In this document: in pieces, positions 1-8,682 of the stretch
Position numbering within the stretch: position 1 is the stretch's first letter
Layout of the letters: each line of letters begins with the position of its first letter
NCBI GenBank assembly: GCA_036338695.1
Contig: JAYZBQ010000088.1
Coordinates: 1-53,496 of the forward strand
DNA from: Myxococcota bacterium
Lineage (GTDB): Bacteria > Myxococcota > UBA4151
Length of the DNA: 53,496 bases
Direction of reading: 5' to 3'
Program-made: the position numbers and the translations under genes
Notes under the pieces: model-generated
Seen by the model: the letters and a program-made list of their open reading frames with translations, nothing else
Database searches by the model: none
What the model was told of the DNA's origin: nothing

Positions 1-474
1 CGGTCCAACCAAGCTCAAGGGACCGCGCACCGCCAGCGCGAGCGGATCGCTGAGCGTGTAGGTTCCAGGCGCAAGGAGCACGGCGGTGGCTTCTGCGCCG
101 GCGGCGGCGACCATCGCCTCGAGGCTGCCGGCGTTGCCTGCGTCGCTGCCCGAGCCATCACCGGCTGCTTGTGGCGCGGCGTAGAGCACCGCGCTCGCCT
201 CTTTGAGCCAGGCGTGCTCGGCGTCGGCGCTCGCTCCAGCCTCGCAGGTTCGTGTGCCGGTCATCGGTACGCAGACTCGTCCGATTTCGTCGGCGCGCTC
301 GCCCTCGGCGCAGCTCAGCCCTGGTACCGACCCTGTATCAGCAGCAACGCCTGCGTCTCGAGCCTCCCCCGCATCGGTCGTCGGCGCGTTGCCCAAAACG
401 CCCCCATCTGGAGCGTCAGCGCCGACGAGGGTGCACGAGCAGAGCAGCAGGGGGACGAGGCGCATAGGGGTCAT
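1..474 (-). CDS. Lipoprotein (3' end runs off the window), probably starting a right-handed beta-helix/pectin-lyase-like domain
   Basis: Not in the ORF track; translated by hand from ATG 474 (alternative 465) and open to the edge: MTPMRLVPLLLCSC (lipobox-like), DAG-rich linker, then YAAPQAAGDGSGSD...AMVAAA...VLLAPGTY, which is typical of beta-helix N-termini. Confidence 0.65.
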   Translation of the reverse strand, partial: MTPMRLVPLLLCSCTLVGADAPDGGVLGNAPTTDAGEARDAGVAADTGSVPGLSCAEGERADEIGRVCVPMTGTRTCEAGASADAEHAWLKEASAVLYAAPQAAGDGSGSDAGNAGSLEAMVAAAGAEATAVLLAPGTYTLSDPLALAVRGPLSLVGP

Positions 475-480
475 GACGCC

Positions 481-509
481 AGCCTAGACCGCAGGACCGT
501 TTTTGCCAA
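481..509 (-). promoter_or_regulatory. Sigma70-type promoter TTGGCA-N17-TAGGCT, probably giving a leaderless transcript
   Basis: On the minus strand the -35 is at 509-504 and the -10 at 486-481 with an exact 17-nt spacer. ATG 474 follows the -10 after 6 nt, and there is no SD. Confidence 0.5.
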
Positions 510-524
510 TGCAAGCCACCACGA

Positions 525-1340
525 TCACTTCTTGATCAGATCCCAGCAGAAGAACCGGGCGCCGGTTTTTTCGGCACGGATGAGCAAGCCGAGTTGATCG
601 CTGGGTTGGAGTGCAGGGAGCGGGTGCGTCTCAAACCCGCGCCGCGCGCCGCTGACGACCTTGAGCGTTTGCGCCTGACCGTTGATCGTAAAGTCCACGG
701 TCACCGGCGGGAGCTCACCGCGCATGCCGCTGTCATCGATCCCGGCGCCAAATCGATAAGCGCCTTTAGGCAGCGGAGGGATCGAGATGGTGACGGGTTC
801 ACCCGCCACGGGGTGGGTCCAGATGCAGTTGCGCGTGCGCCCGGCGAAGGTGTGCTCTTCTCGGCGCATGTACTCCCAGTCGTTTGGTCCGTAGCTGCAT
901 TTGCGCTGGGAAGAGGCGCTCACACAGCTCGCCTTCGACGTGCTCGCCTTAACGCCTTTGAGGTGGTCGCTCAGCCGCCACGTTTGGGTCTGGGTTGCGC
1001 TGACCAGACACAGCATCACGCCATGCGCCTCGCGGCAGTCGCGAGCGCTTTGCCCTGCTAAATCAGCCTCGGCGGCGCCGGCGGGTCGCACCCACCACAC
1101 GCGGCTGAGCTGCTCGAGCATCGGCGCTTCAAACGCAGACTCGGACAGAAAGATGATGCCGCGCAGGTCGCTCGGGTCGTACGCAAGCTCATCATCCACC
1201 ACCACCAAGCCGGGCTCGTTCTCGAGCGTCGTACGCAGGGCGTCGGACCACGACGCAGGGGACAACAGCACATACGCCAAGATAAACAAGCTTAAGGGCA
1301 CGAGCGCGCCGAGCGCGTTCTTTATGGATCTCTCGTTCAT
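525..1340 (-). CDS. Membrane-anchored hypothetical protein with a C-terminal beta-rich (jelly-roll-like) Cys-containing domain
   Basis: ATG 1340 overlaps the upstream stop (ATGA). It has an N-terminal TM (LGALVPLSLFILAYVLL) and C-terminal CIWTHP...FGAGIDDSG...FFCWD. The ORF-track extension to 1640 overlaps the upstream gene. Confidence 0.7.
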   Translation of the reverse strand: MNERSIKNALGALVPLSLFILAYVLLSPASWSDALRTTLENEPGLVVVDDELAYDPSDLRGIIFLSESAFEAPMLEQLSRVWWVRPAGAAEADLAGQSARDCREAHGVMLCLVSATQTQTWRLSDHLKGVKASTSKASCVSASSQRKCSYGPNDWEYMRREEHTFAGRTRNCIWTHPVAGEPVTISIPPLPKGAYRFGAGIDDSGMRGELPPVTVDFTINGQAQTLKVVSGARRGFETHPLPALQPSDQLGLLIRAEKTGARFFCWDLIKK

Positions 1341-2932
1341 TTCGTCTCCCAGCTTTTGGGAAGGGCTTGCAGGACCGACTCGGATCGGCAGCGCGTGGCG
1401 TCGTAATGCGCAGCCGCCCAGGACCCGCTGGGTCGTTTCACTCGAGGCTCCCACAGGGCATAGAGGCGACAGGTCTCGAGCCGCGCCGCCCGCTGGTCGC
1501 GCTCGGGGACGGCGCGCAGGACGACGCTGGCGAGGACGAGGGCGGGAAAGAACGCCACGAGACCGCTTCGCCCTCCTAACAGTTTGGCGCTGGCGACGGC
1601 GGCGAGAAACAGGCCGCCGACGATCAGCCCGGGACCCCACTCGGAGCCACCGGCGAAGGGACCCGGTTGGTAGGGCGCGAGCCCGCTTTTAATCGCCGGC
1701 AGGACAAAGCTAGCCCAGGGGTTGGAGAAGACGTCGCTGAGGTGCGGATACAGCGCGCTTGGGATCCCGCAGAGGATGATGGACAGCCCCGCCAGGCTTG
1801 CGAGCAGCAGCGGGCGCTGCCAGGCGCTCAGCCCGAGCGCCAGAAAAGGGACGATCGGCATGATGTAGCGCGGACCGATCGACCAGCCTCCGCGCCAGCC
1901 ACCGTGGGTGGCGAGGAACAACAACTCCAAGGCGATCAGCGCCGCAATCCAGGGTCGCTCGCTGCGCAGCGCAGGGCTCGGGCGAAGCAGCACGCCGATG
2001 GCGCCGATCGCCAAAATCGGCGTGAAGACAAAGAGCCCGAGCTCGAGCGAGAAAAACGCTGCGCCGAGCCGGTCGAGCTGAGGGATGCTCATCCCAAAGA
2101 AGCCGACCCCGTGCAGGTCCTTGTAGGCTGTGTTTTCTAAGAAGCTGTAGCCTGTCTTCGTGGCGGAGCCGAACATCTGGGCTTGCGCCCAACAGGTCGC
2201 AGCGATCGGCGGGAGCCCGCCTGCGACGCCGTATGCGAAACGGCGAGCGATGCGTGCCGTGCCTTCGGCGGTGAGGTAGCGAAGCCCCAAGGGGACGATG
2301 GCTAACGCATGAGGATACTCAAGCGCCGGCGCCGCCGCCGCGCAGAGCCCAAAGAGGAGCATTCCTTTAGGGTCACTTCGGCGTCCGTAGACGTAGGCGG
2401 CGAAGACCATCGCCGTGGCCATCGCGTGCCCTGCAAAAACCAGCGTGTAAGGGTAGATCATCGAGCCGAGCCCGAGACAGAGCATCAGCCCGTCGGCGCG
2501 GTCCTCATCGCAGGCTCGCAGCAGCTCTCGCCGCAACAACAGCAGGAGAAAAAGACTGAACGGTAGACCGACGATGATGCGCAAAAACCAGGTCAGCGTC
2601 CGTTTGTCGAGCGCCGGACCGACGAGGCGATAGAGTTGGTAAACAGGCGCCCCAATCAGGGTGGTCCCAGGCGCTTTGGACGAGTAAAGGCGCCCTTCGC
2701 GCTTCGCCTTGTCGTCGACCCCGCCCCACCGCCTGATCGGCGCATCGATCGACCAAGAGCGATCATCGATCAGCGCCGCCACGGCGTAGACGCGCGTGAC
2801 CTCGTTGGGGTTGTTGATGGTTCCATCGGCGAGAATGGTGTTGAAATAAGGGAAGGGCCAGAGCCAACCGAGGAGCACTGCAACGAGAACGATCACCCCG
2901 CGCCGGGTCTGTGGCCAAAGGCTGCCCATCAT
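1337..2932 (-). CDS. Polytopic membrane protein, putative GT-C (ArnT/PMT-like) glycosyltransferase
   Basis: About 12 hydrophobic segments, a loop after TM1 (NPNEVTR...DDKAK...YSSKAPG) and a late WRGGWSIGPRY motif, as in GT-C-like proteins. SD AGGGAG precedes ATG 2932/2929. Confidence 0.6.
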   Translation of the reverse strand: MMGSLWPQTRRGVIVLVAVLLGWLWPFPYFNTILADGTINNPNEVTRVYAVAALIDDRSWSIDAPIRRWGGVDDKAKREGRLYSSKAPGTTLIGAPVYQLYRLVGPALDKRTLTWFLRIIVGLPFSLFLLLLLRRELLRACDEDRADGLMLCLGLGSMIYPYTLVFAGHAMATAMVFAAYVYGRRSDPKGMLLFGLCAAAAPALEYPHALAIVPLGLRYLTAEGTARIARRFAYGVAGGLPPIAATCWAQAQMFGSATKTGYSFLENTAYKDLHGVGFFGMSIPQLDRLGAAFFSLELGLFVFTPILAIGAIGVLLRPSPALRSERPWIAALIALELLFLATHGGWRGGWSIGPRYIMPIVPFLALGLSAWQRPLLLASLAGLSIILCGIPSALYPHLSDVFSNPWASFVLPAIKSGLAPYQPGPFAGGSEWGPGLIVGGLFLAAVASAKLLGGRSGLVAFFPALVLASVVLRAVPERDQRAARLETCRLYALWEPRVKRPSGSWAAAHYDATRCRSESVLQALPKSWETK

Positions 2933-3030
2933 CGCTCCCTCGATGCGTCGAGTTGCGCCAAGGTACAAGGGCTTTAGACTTTCATTGAGCCGGTGTGCGC
3001 GCTAGAGCCCGGCGGACGATGGAGGGCGTG

Positions 3031-3477
3031 ATGATGCGTTTTGGCGTGTTGATGGGGCTCTGGGCGCTCGCTGCCTGTGGCTCGGACAGCCCCTGCGGGG
3101 TCGCATGGGACGGCGACCAGCCGGCGCTCGGGACGATGGTGCTCAGTGATGGGACCGTGCTGCGCGACGGGACCTGGGCCGACACCCGGCTCAACGCAGG
3201 GACCTTCACGATCGACGTGCGCGCCATGGGCGACGAGCCGACGCTCGGTGATGCGCTCTCGGGCGACTTGCCGGTGTGCCGCACGCTCGACGATCAAAAC
3301 GACGCCGTCATCTATCAAGACGGAGGGCCTTGGATCACCGATGCGTCCCACAGCGGAAACCTCGCGGTGACCGAGGTCAGCGACGGGGCGATTAAGGGGC
3401 GCTTTGAGGCGACCCTCCGGTCCACCTCGGGCGCCTCTCGCACGCTCAGCGGCGCCTTTTACCTGCCGAGTCGGTGA
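3031..3477 (+). CDS. Small beta-rich lipoprotein of unknown function
   Basis: GGAGG SD; MMRFGVLMGLWALAAC lipobox. Confidence 0.7.
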   Translation: MMRFGVLMGLWALAACGSDSPCGVAWDGDQPALGTMVLSDGTVLRDGTWADTRLNAGTFTIDVRAMGDEPTLGDALSGDLPVCRTLDDQNDAVIYQDGGPWITDASHSGNLAVTEVSDGAIKGRFEATLRSTSGASRTLSGAFYLPSR

Positions 3478-3481
3478 GCTG

Positions 3482-4435
3482 ATGGTGGCTGTGCGGTCCG
3501 CGAGCGAGCGCGCCGAATCGGCGCCGTTGGGTCAACCGGTCAACGACCTCACTGAGGATGAGCGCCGGGAGTGGGTACGGCTCGAGAAGAAGCTTTTGCG
3601 CAAGCTCGGGGCAACGATCCGAGACTATGGGCTGATCAACGAGGGCGACCGGATCATGGTGGCGATCAGTGGCGGTAAGGACAGCTACGCGTTGCTGTGC
3701 TTACTCGAGCGCTTTCGCGCCAAGATGCCCTTCGATTTTGAGTTGCTCGCAGTCCATCTCGATCAAGTTCAGCCTGGATACGACGGTGAACCCTTGCGGA
3801 TCTGGTTGGAGCGCCAGGGCTTTGCGCACCGCATTGTACAGCAAGACACCTACTCGGTGGTCACCGATAAGATCGCCGAGGGGAAGACGTACTGCAGCCT
3901 GTGCAGCCGCTTGCGGCGCGGCATCCTGTACCGGATCGCCAAGGACTTGAGCTGCGACTCGATCGCGCTCGGTCATCACCGCGACGACGCCAACGAGACC
4001 TTGCTGCTCAACCTGTTCTATTCAGGTCAGCTCAAGACCATGCCGGTGCGACTGCAGAGCGACGACGGAGCCAACGTGGTCATCCGTCCGATGATGGGCA
4101 TCGCCGAGGCTGACATCAGGCGTTATGCGCAGCTGATGGGCTTTCCGATTCTGCCGTGCAATCTGTGCGGGTCGCAGGAGGGGCTCAAGCGCGTGCGCGT
4201 CAAGCAGCTCATCCGCGCCCTGAGCGATGAGAACGAGAAGGTGCCGGGGAACATCGCCGCGGCGCTCGCGAACGTCCGCCCAAGCCACCTGCATGACCGA
4301 GATGTCTCGAAGGTGTGGGCCGAGCGCGATCCCTCGATTCGGCCGTGGACCGGCTCACAGCCGGCTGAGCCGGCGCAGCGCGGTCCGATCGAGGTCGAGC
4401 TAGACGAAACGGCGCCGAAGGCCCGCCAGCGCTAG
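3482..4435 (+). CDS. ttcA: tRNA 2-thiocytidine(32) synthetase
   Basis: PP-loop SGGKDS, CSLCSRLRRG, GHHRDD and PCNLCGSQ motifs. Confidence 0.93.
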   Translation: MVAVRSASERAESAPLGQPVNDLTEDERREWVRLEKKLLRKLGATIRDYGLINEGDRIMVAISGGKDSYALLCLLERFRAKMPFDFELLAVHLDQVQPGYDGEPLRIWLERQGFAHRIVQQDTYSVVTDKIAEGKTYCSLCSRLRRGILYRIAKDLSCDSIALGHHRDDANETLLLNLFYSGQLKTMPVRLQSDDGANVVIRPMMGIAEADIRRYAQLMGFPILPCNLCGSQEGLKRVRVKQLIRALSDENEKVPGNIAAALANVRPSHLHDRDVSKVWAERDPSIRPWTGSQPAEPAQRGPIEVELDETAPKARQR

Positions 4436-5149
4436 GAGCATGAGCAGCCCCGTCGGCGCGCTGCTGCAGCTCGCCGCCGGCGCGTTCACCTCCACGCTCG
4501 CCAGCTCCCCGACTTGACCGGCCTGGTCGATAAAATACGCCTCAATCGTCGCCTTGGTTTGGACGTTGACGTCGAGCTTAATCTGCTGCTGTCCCTCGAC
4601 GAAGACGCCCTCTTCACGCAGGACGTTGCCATCCTCTTTCACCGTGATCATCGCGAGCAGCGGTCCGGGCTCATCAGCCTCGATCGTTAGGTTTAGGCTC
4701 CCATTACGGTCCCCGCCGCCGCGGCAGTTGGCCATGAAAATAGCCGGCACATCATCCATCAAGCCGCTGTTGCCACCTGGCGTCCCATAGGATTTGGGTG
4801 ACAGGGTTGCGGTCAGGACGGGGTCGATCGGCTCCTCATCGTCGGCGTCTCGACCGATACACATGGGGAAGCCGCTCTCGTCGCTTTGATAGCAGCCTGC
4901 CGCCACCGGTGGGTTGGCCGGCTCGAAGGCCTGCCAGACCTGCCCGCTGCGCGTGAACGAGCGCCCCTCAATGGCGGTGAAGCGGACTCGGTCCCGGTCC
5001 TCTTCGCGCTGCAATTCCAGGCTGCCTGACTCTCGAGCGCGCGCCGAAGAGGACCAGATGACGACGTTGTTCGGGGCAGCCGGCTGCTCCGACGTCGGCC
5101 ACTGATTGCTGCATGGGACAGCGGATAAGGCGATCAGAACGGGGATCAT
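4400..5149 (-). CDS. Secreted protein with a C-terminal MYXO-CTERM-like sorting signal
   Basis: Hydrophobic N-terminus MIPVLIALSA; C-terminal SCSSAPTGLLMLLALAGLRRRFV (Cys, TM helix, Arg cluster); ATGA-coupled to the upstream gene. Confidence 0.75.
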   Translation of the reverse strand: MIPVLIALSAVPCSNQWPTSEQPAAPNNVVIWSSSARARESGSLELQREEDRDRVRFTAIEGRSFTRSGQVWQAFEPANPPVAAGCYQSDESGFPMCIGRDADDEEPIDPVLTATLSPKSYGTPGGNSGLMDDVPAIFMANCRGGGDRNGSLNLTIEADEPGPLLAMITVKEDGNVLREEGVFVEGQQQIKLDVNVQTKATIEAYFIDQAGQVGELASVEVNAPAASCSSAPTGLLMLLALAGLRRRFV

Positions 5150-8100
5150 CGGTCGAGCTCCTCAATCCAAGCGCAGACGTGTCGGTCCGCATCGCTCGGG
5201 TCGGACAGGTCCCTGGGTTGGTATGCCGGGTCTTCGGGGTTGGGAACACCCAGCGCATAGAGGTTAGCACAGTCTGCGTCCGTGAAACAGGTCGCGGCCT
5301 CGCCCTGAGCTGGGCCGGGTGTGCAGACCTCGTCGACGCAGGTCGGGATGACCGTCGAGGGGTGGACGTTCATGCACAGCTCTTGGGGGAGCTCGCGACC
5401 GCCGCTGCGGAAGTACCAACCGACGAGATTCACCATGTGCCCGTCGATGTCGTAGCCGCCTTCGAGCCGGGCGTCTGGGTCGGGGTACATAAAGCCATGA
5501 TCCCCAGTCGGCGAGACCACGGGCAGCCGCAGCGCGCTGATTCGCCCGTCGTCCATGACCCTGTCCGCTTGCAGCGGACGGCACGGGGTGTCGCCACCGC
5601 ATGCCCAGGGGTAACGGCAGCTCAGGTGATCGGAGCCCGCAGCGCACAAGGCGCCCAGCTCGCCAAAGCCTGGCTCGTTCCAAGCGTCGCTGCTCTGGTC
5701 CATGTCGTCGGCGTCGAATTGGATCCCGTTGGGGTTGGTCTCGGCGTTCCAGGCGGGTCGGTTCCCCGCCTCGCCAACGGTCCAGCGGCGCATACGCGTG
5801 ACGCCCTCGAGCGCGAAGGCGTCCGCAAGCGCCTGACCCTGGCTGCGGCCGTAGTGTGCGTAAGCTTCTGGGTTCTCCTCTTCACTGAGCGAGAGGATAT
5901 GCCCGGCGGTCGCCATCGCCACGCCCGTGTTCACCGGGACGTTCATGTCGCCCACCGTCGGCACGACGAGCGTCGCCGTGCCGGGGATTGCGTCCGGGTC
6001 ATAGGCGCTGACGTCGAAGGGGGTTTTGGCGTAGTAACGGGCAAAACTGACCGGGTCGCCCGCCTCAAGCACGGTGGCTGCGATGGCGACAAAGCGGCGG
6101 TAATCCGGCGTTGATCGGTACTTACCGACGCCAAAGCCCACGGCGTGAAGCGGTGTCCCTGGGGTGAGGTAGAGGCCTTGAAAGAGGGGGACCTCTCGGC
6201 TTGCGTTGCCGTCCTCGTTGGTGAGGGGCCCAAAGGCGTCGATGACTTCTTGGCTACCATCTTGGCGGAGGATCGTGATGGTGAGCCGATCACCGATCTC
6301 GCTGTTCTCGATCCAGGCAGGGTCGACCTCACGGGGGATGATCAGCCCGTCGGAGCCCGGGTACAGGTCGGGCGCCGCTAAGCGAGCCTTTTCGATCCCC
6401 GTCATGGCGTTGGCGGGGATGTGCAGGCGAACGACCGCATCCTGTCCCACCGGACGAGCCGTCGCAACCAAGGTCTCGCCGCTGCGGTGATTGATCACCT
6501 CGACCTGGTCTCCGGCCCGCAAGACGTCGATCTCACCGATGGGTACCGTGGCGTCGTCGTTGATGTTCGAGGCGATGAAACTTAGGCGCGTCCTGGCGCC
6601 GTGTGGCTGCGCCGTCAGCATGAGCCCCATAAAGCGTAAGTGGACACCCTCTTTAACGCCCCCTTGGATCGAGCGGACGCCGACGTCGAGCAAGCCCGCT
6701 GCGCCGGCGATGGGCGCTGCGGCGGTGAGCGCGCTCTCGACGCCTGCTGCCACGCCCGAGACGATCCCGCCGAGGCTCTGGCCCCAGCCGAAGTATTGGT
6801 TGTTGTGCCCGCCTAGGTCGACCTGTCCGTCGCCGTCGAGGTCACCCGCAACACCGGTCAGGCGGACGCCCTCCGCATCGTAGACGTCGAGATCCCACTG
6901 TCGCTGCCCATTAAAGCTGCGGAGCACCCGAATGAACGCCATCCAGTCGCTGACCGTCTGCCGCACCGCGTCGCGCGTGTGAAAGGTGTCCGCTGTCCAG
7001 AAGTCGCCGCCCGAGTCGACGGTGCCGTCGTTGTTGAGATCGCGTGCTCGCCCGTCCATGAGCGCCGCGACTAAGCCGCGTCCGTAGTAGCCGCCGGCGA
7101 TCCCATCGACCACGCCTTGAAGCTCGGCCGGGACGGCGAGACCGTGGGCGAAGCTGTCGAGCGAGCAGGTCGCGATCCCCATGCGAGCGTGGAAGCCGGC
7201 GAACCCGAGCATCTCAAAGCGCGTCGAGGTGTAGCCGTGACCATAGAGCGAGACGGGGAACCCTTGACCTTGAACCGGGCGGTATTGCGCCTTCGGGATG
7301 GCGCACCAGAAGGTGACACGCCCTTGACCAACCACCGCCGTACCGCGGGTGCGGTCGATCTCAAAGATCTCGTCTTCGTCCTCGGGATATTGGCAGGCGC
7401 GCGTGGCAGGCTGTCCTTTATGATCAGGGCACCCAGCGCCTGCGTGCCCGTCGCGATCGACCATAAAGTTGGGCGCGATGAACGAGCCCGAGATCATGTA
7501 GTCGATGTTGCGGATCGAGTTGAGAAGGCTGCGTGCGCCCGAGTCGTCCTCGATCAAACCCGTCTCTGGGCCGATCTGCGACAGCACGCTTGCGAGCCGC
7601 TCGCCCTCCATGCGGTGCAGCGGGCTCGCCGCTGAGAAGTTGGGGTCGTCGTCGTCGACCATGCGGTGCAGACCATGCCACTGGGCGGGGAACTGGTCAT
7701 GCAGCCACCCCAAGCTCCCGTAACCGTACATGCCGGCGCGGATCGCAAACAGATCCTGGCTCGCCGTGCTCGTGGTGAAGGTCCAGGTAAAGGCGATCTC
7801 ATCGAGCGCCGTCCCGAGCCCCTCGAGGTGGGGAAGGACGCGTTTGAGCGTGGCGGTCTGCCGTGGGTGGTTGATGCTCGAGAAGGGCGAGCGGATCGCT
7901 TCACCGCTCGCGTCTCGGAGCCCACTCGTGAGGATCACGGCGTAGGTGCGTCCCGGTTTGAGCGGTCGGATCGGCCGGATCTGTAAGGTGTTTGAGTCGG
8001 CTTCCCACAGCGTGTTCTCGACGTAGCGCCACGGCGCGTCACAGCTCGGCAGCGCTTGGCGCTCGGGGCCATCGAGGACGCCGTCTTGGTCGCTGTCCTC

Positions 8101-8682
8101 GCCCGGGTCCAAGACCCCGTTGCCGTTGGCGTCTTCCGGGTGGTCATCAAAGATGAGGGTGCTCGAGCCTGCGCGCGCATCGTTGGCGTAGTAGCGCGGG
8201 CGAATGCGCTGGGGCGAATCTGAGTTGCCGTTGCCCGGCAGCAGGTAGGGAAAAAATCCTCGGTTGAGATCCAGCCGCACGGGCTCACCGGTCTCGACGT
8301 CGACCACATAGATGACGTCGTTGGTGAAGTCGTCATCGGCGTGGTGCGCGTTGGCGATGCTGCACAGGTCCAGCGGTTGGTCAAAGCGCACGTTGATGGG
8401 GCTATAGGTCCCAAACCCGTCAAGGGTGTTGGCGCGCGACCGCAGCTCGAATTCCATGCGCGTCGACGCCTTTTCCGAGACGTTCAAGAAGCGACCGGTC
8501 GGGCTGCTCGGGTCGAGGCGGGTGGCCAGGTCATTGGGAAAGGGGATCTCGGGGAGCGGGCGTGCGTCGAGGTCGAAGATGATCGTTGGTCCGGTGCCGT
8601 CGGCGGGTCGATCAGCGAGGACCTCGGGCGTGACGCCTGCGTCGCAGGCGATGAGAGCGATGAAAGGCAGCAGTCGACGCAT
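5146..8682 (-). CDS. Large lipoprotein with an N-terminal Ig-like region and an alpha/beta-hydrolase (extracellular lipase-like) domain
   Basis: Lipobox LIAC; PFPND and RPIRPLKPGRTYAVILT Ig-like motifs; GHGYT oxyanion segment; GQSLGG nucleophile elbow; candidate Asp (GDMNVP) and His (GDHGF); several DxDxDG motifs. Confidence 0.8.
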   Translation of the reverse strand: MRRLLPFIALIACDAGVTPEVLADRPADGTGPTIIFDLDARPLPEIPFPNDLATRLDPSSPTGRFLNVSEKASTRMEFELRSRANTLDGFGTYSPINVRFDQPLDLCSIANAHHADDDFTNDVIYVVDVETGEPVRLDLNRGFFPYLLPGNGNSDSPQRIRPRYYANDARAGSSTLIFDDHPEDANGNGVLDPGEDSDQDGVLDGPERQALPSCDAPWRYVENTLWEADSNTLQIRPIRPLKPGRTYAVILTSGLRDASGEAIRSPFSSINHPRQTATLKRVLPHLEGLGTALDEIAFTWTFTTSTASQDLFAIRAGMYGYGSLGWLHDQFPAQWHGLHRMVDDDDPNFSAASPLHRMEGERLASVLSQIGPETGLIEDDSGARSLLNSIRNIDYMISGSFIAPNFMVDRDGHAGAGCPDHKGQPATRACQYPEDEDEIFEIDRTRGTAVVGQGRVTFWCAIPKAQYRPVQGQGFPVSLYGHGYTSTRFEMLGFAGFHARMGIATCSLDSFAHGLAVPAELQGVVDGIAGGYYGRGLVAALMDGRARDLNNDGTVDSGGDFWTADTFHTRDAVRQTVSDWMAFIRVLRSFNGQRQWDLDVYDAEGVRLTGVAGDLDGDGQVDLGGHNNQYFGWGQSLGGIVSGVAAGVESALTAAAPIAGAAGLLDVGVRSIQGGVKEGVHLRFMGLMLTAQPHGARTRLSFIASNINDDATVPIGEIDVLRAGDQVEVINHRSGETLVATARPVGQDAVVRLHIPANAMTGIEKARLAAPDLYPGSDGLIIPREVDPAWIENSEIGDRLTITILRQDGSQEVIDAFGPLTNEDGNASREVPLFQGLYLTPGTPLHAVGFGVGKYRSTPDYRRFVAIAATVLEAGDPVSFARYYAKTPFDVSAYDPDAIPGTATLVVPTVGDMNVPVNTGVAMATAGHILSLSEEENPEAYAHYGRSQGQALADAFALEGVTRMRRWTVGEAGNRPAWNAETNPNGIQFDADDMDQSSDAWNEPGFGELGALCAAGSDHLSCRYPWACGGDTPCRPLQADRVMDDGRISALRLPVVSPTGDHGFMYPDPDARLEGGYDIDGHMVNLVGWYFRSGGRELPQELCMNVHPSTVIPTCVDEVCTPGPAQGEAATCFTDADCANLYALGVPNPEDPAYQPRDLSDPSDADRHVCAWIEELDR

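Noticed and set aside
1341..1640. Arg-rich N-terminal extension of ORF 525..1640
   Set aside because: Lies in another frame inside the upstream gene; the ATGA-coupled start at 1340 is better.
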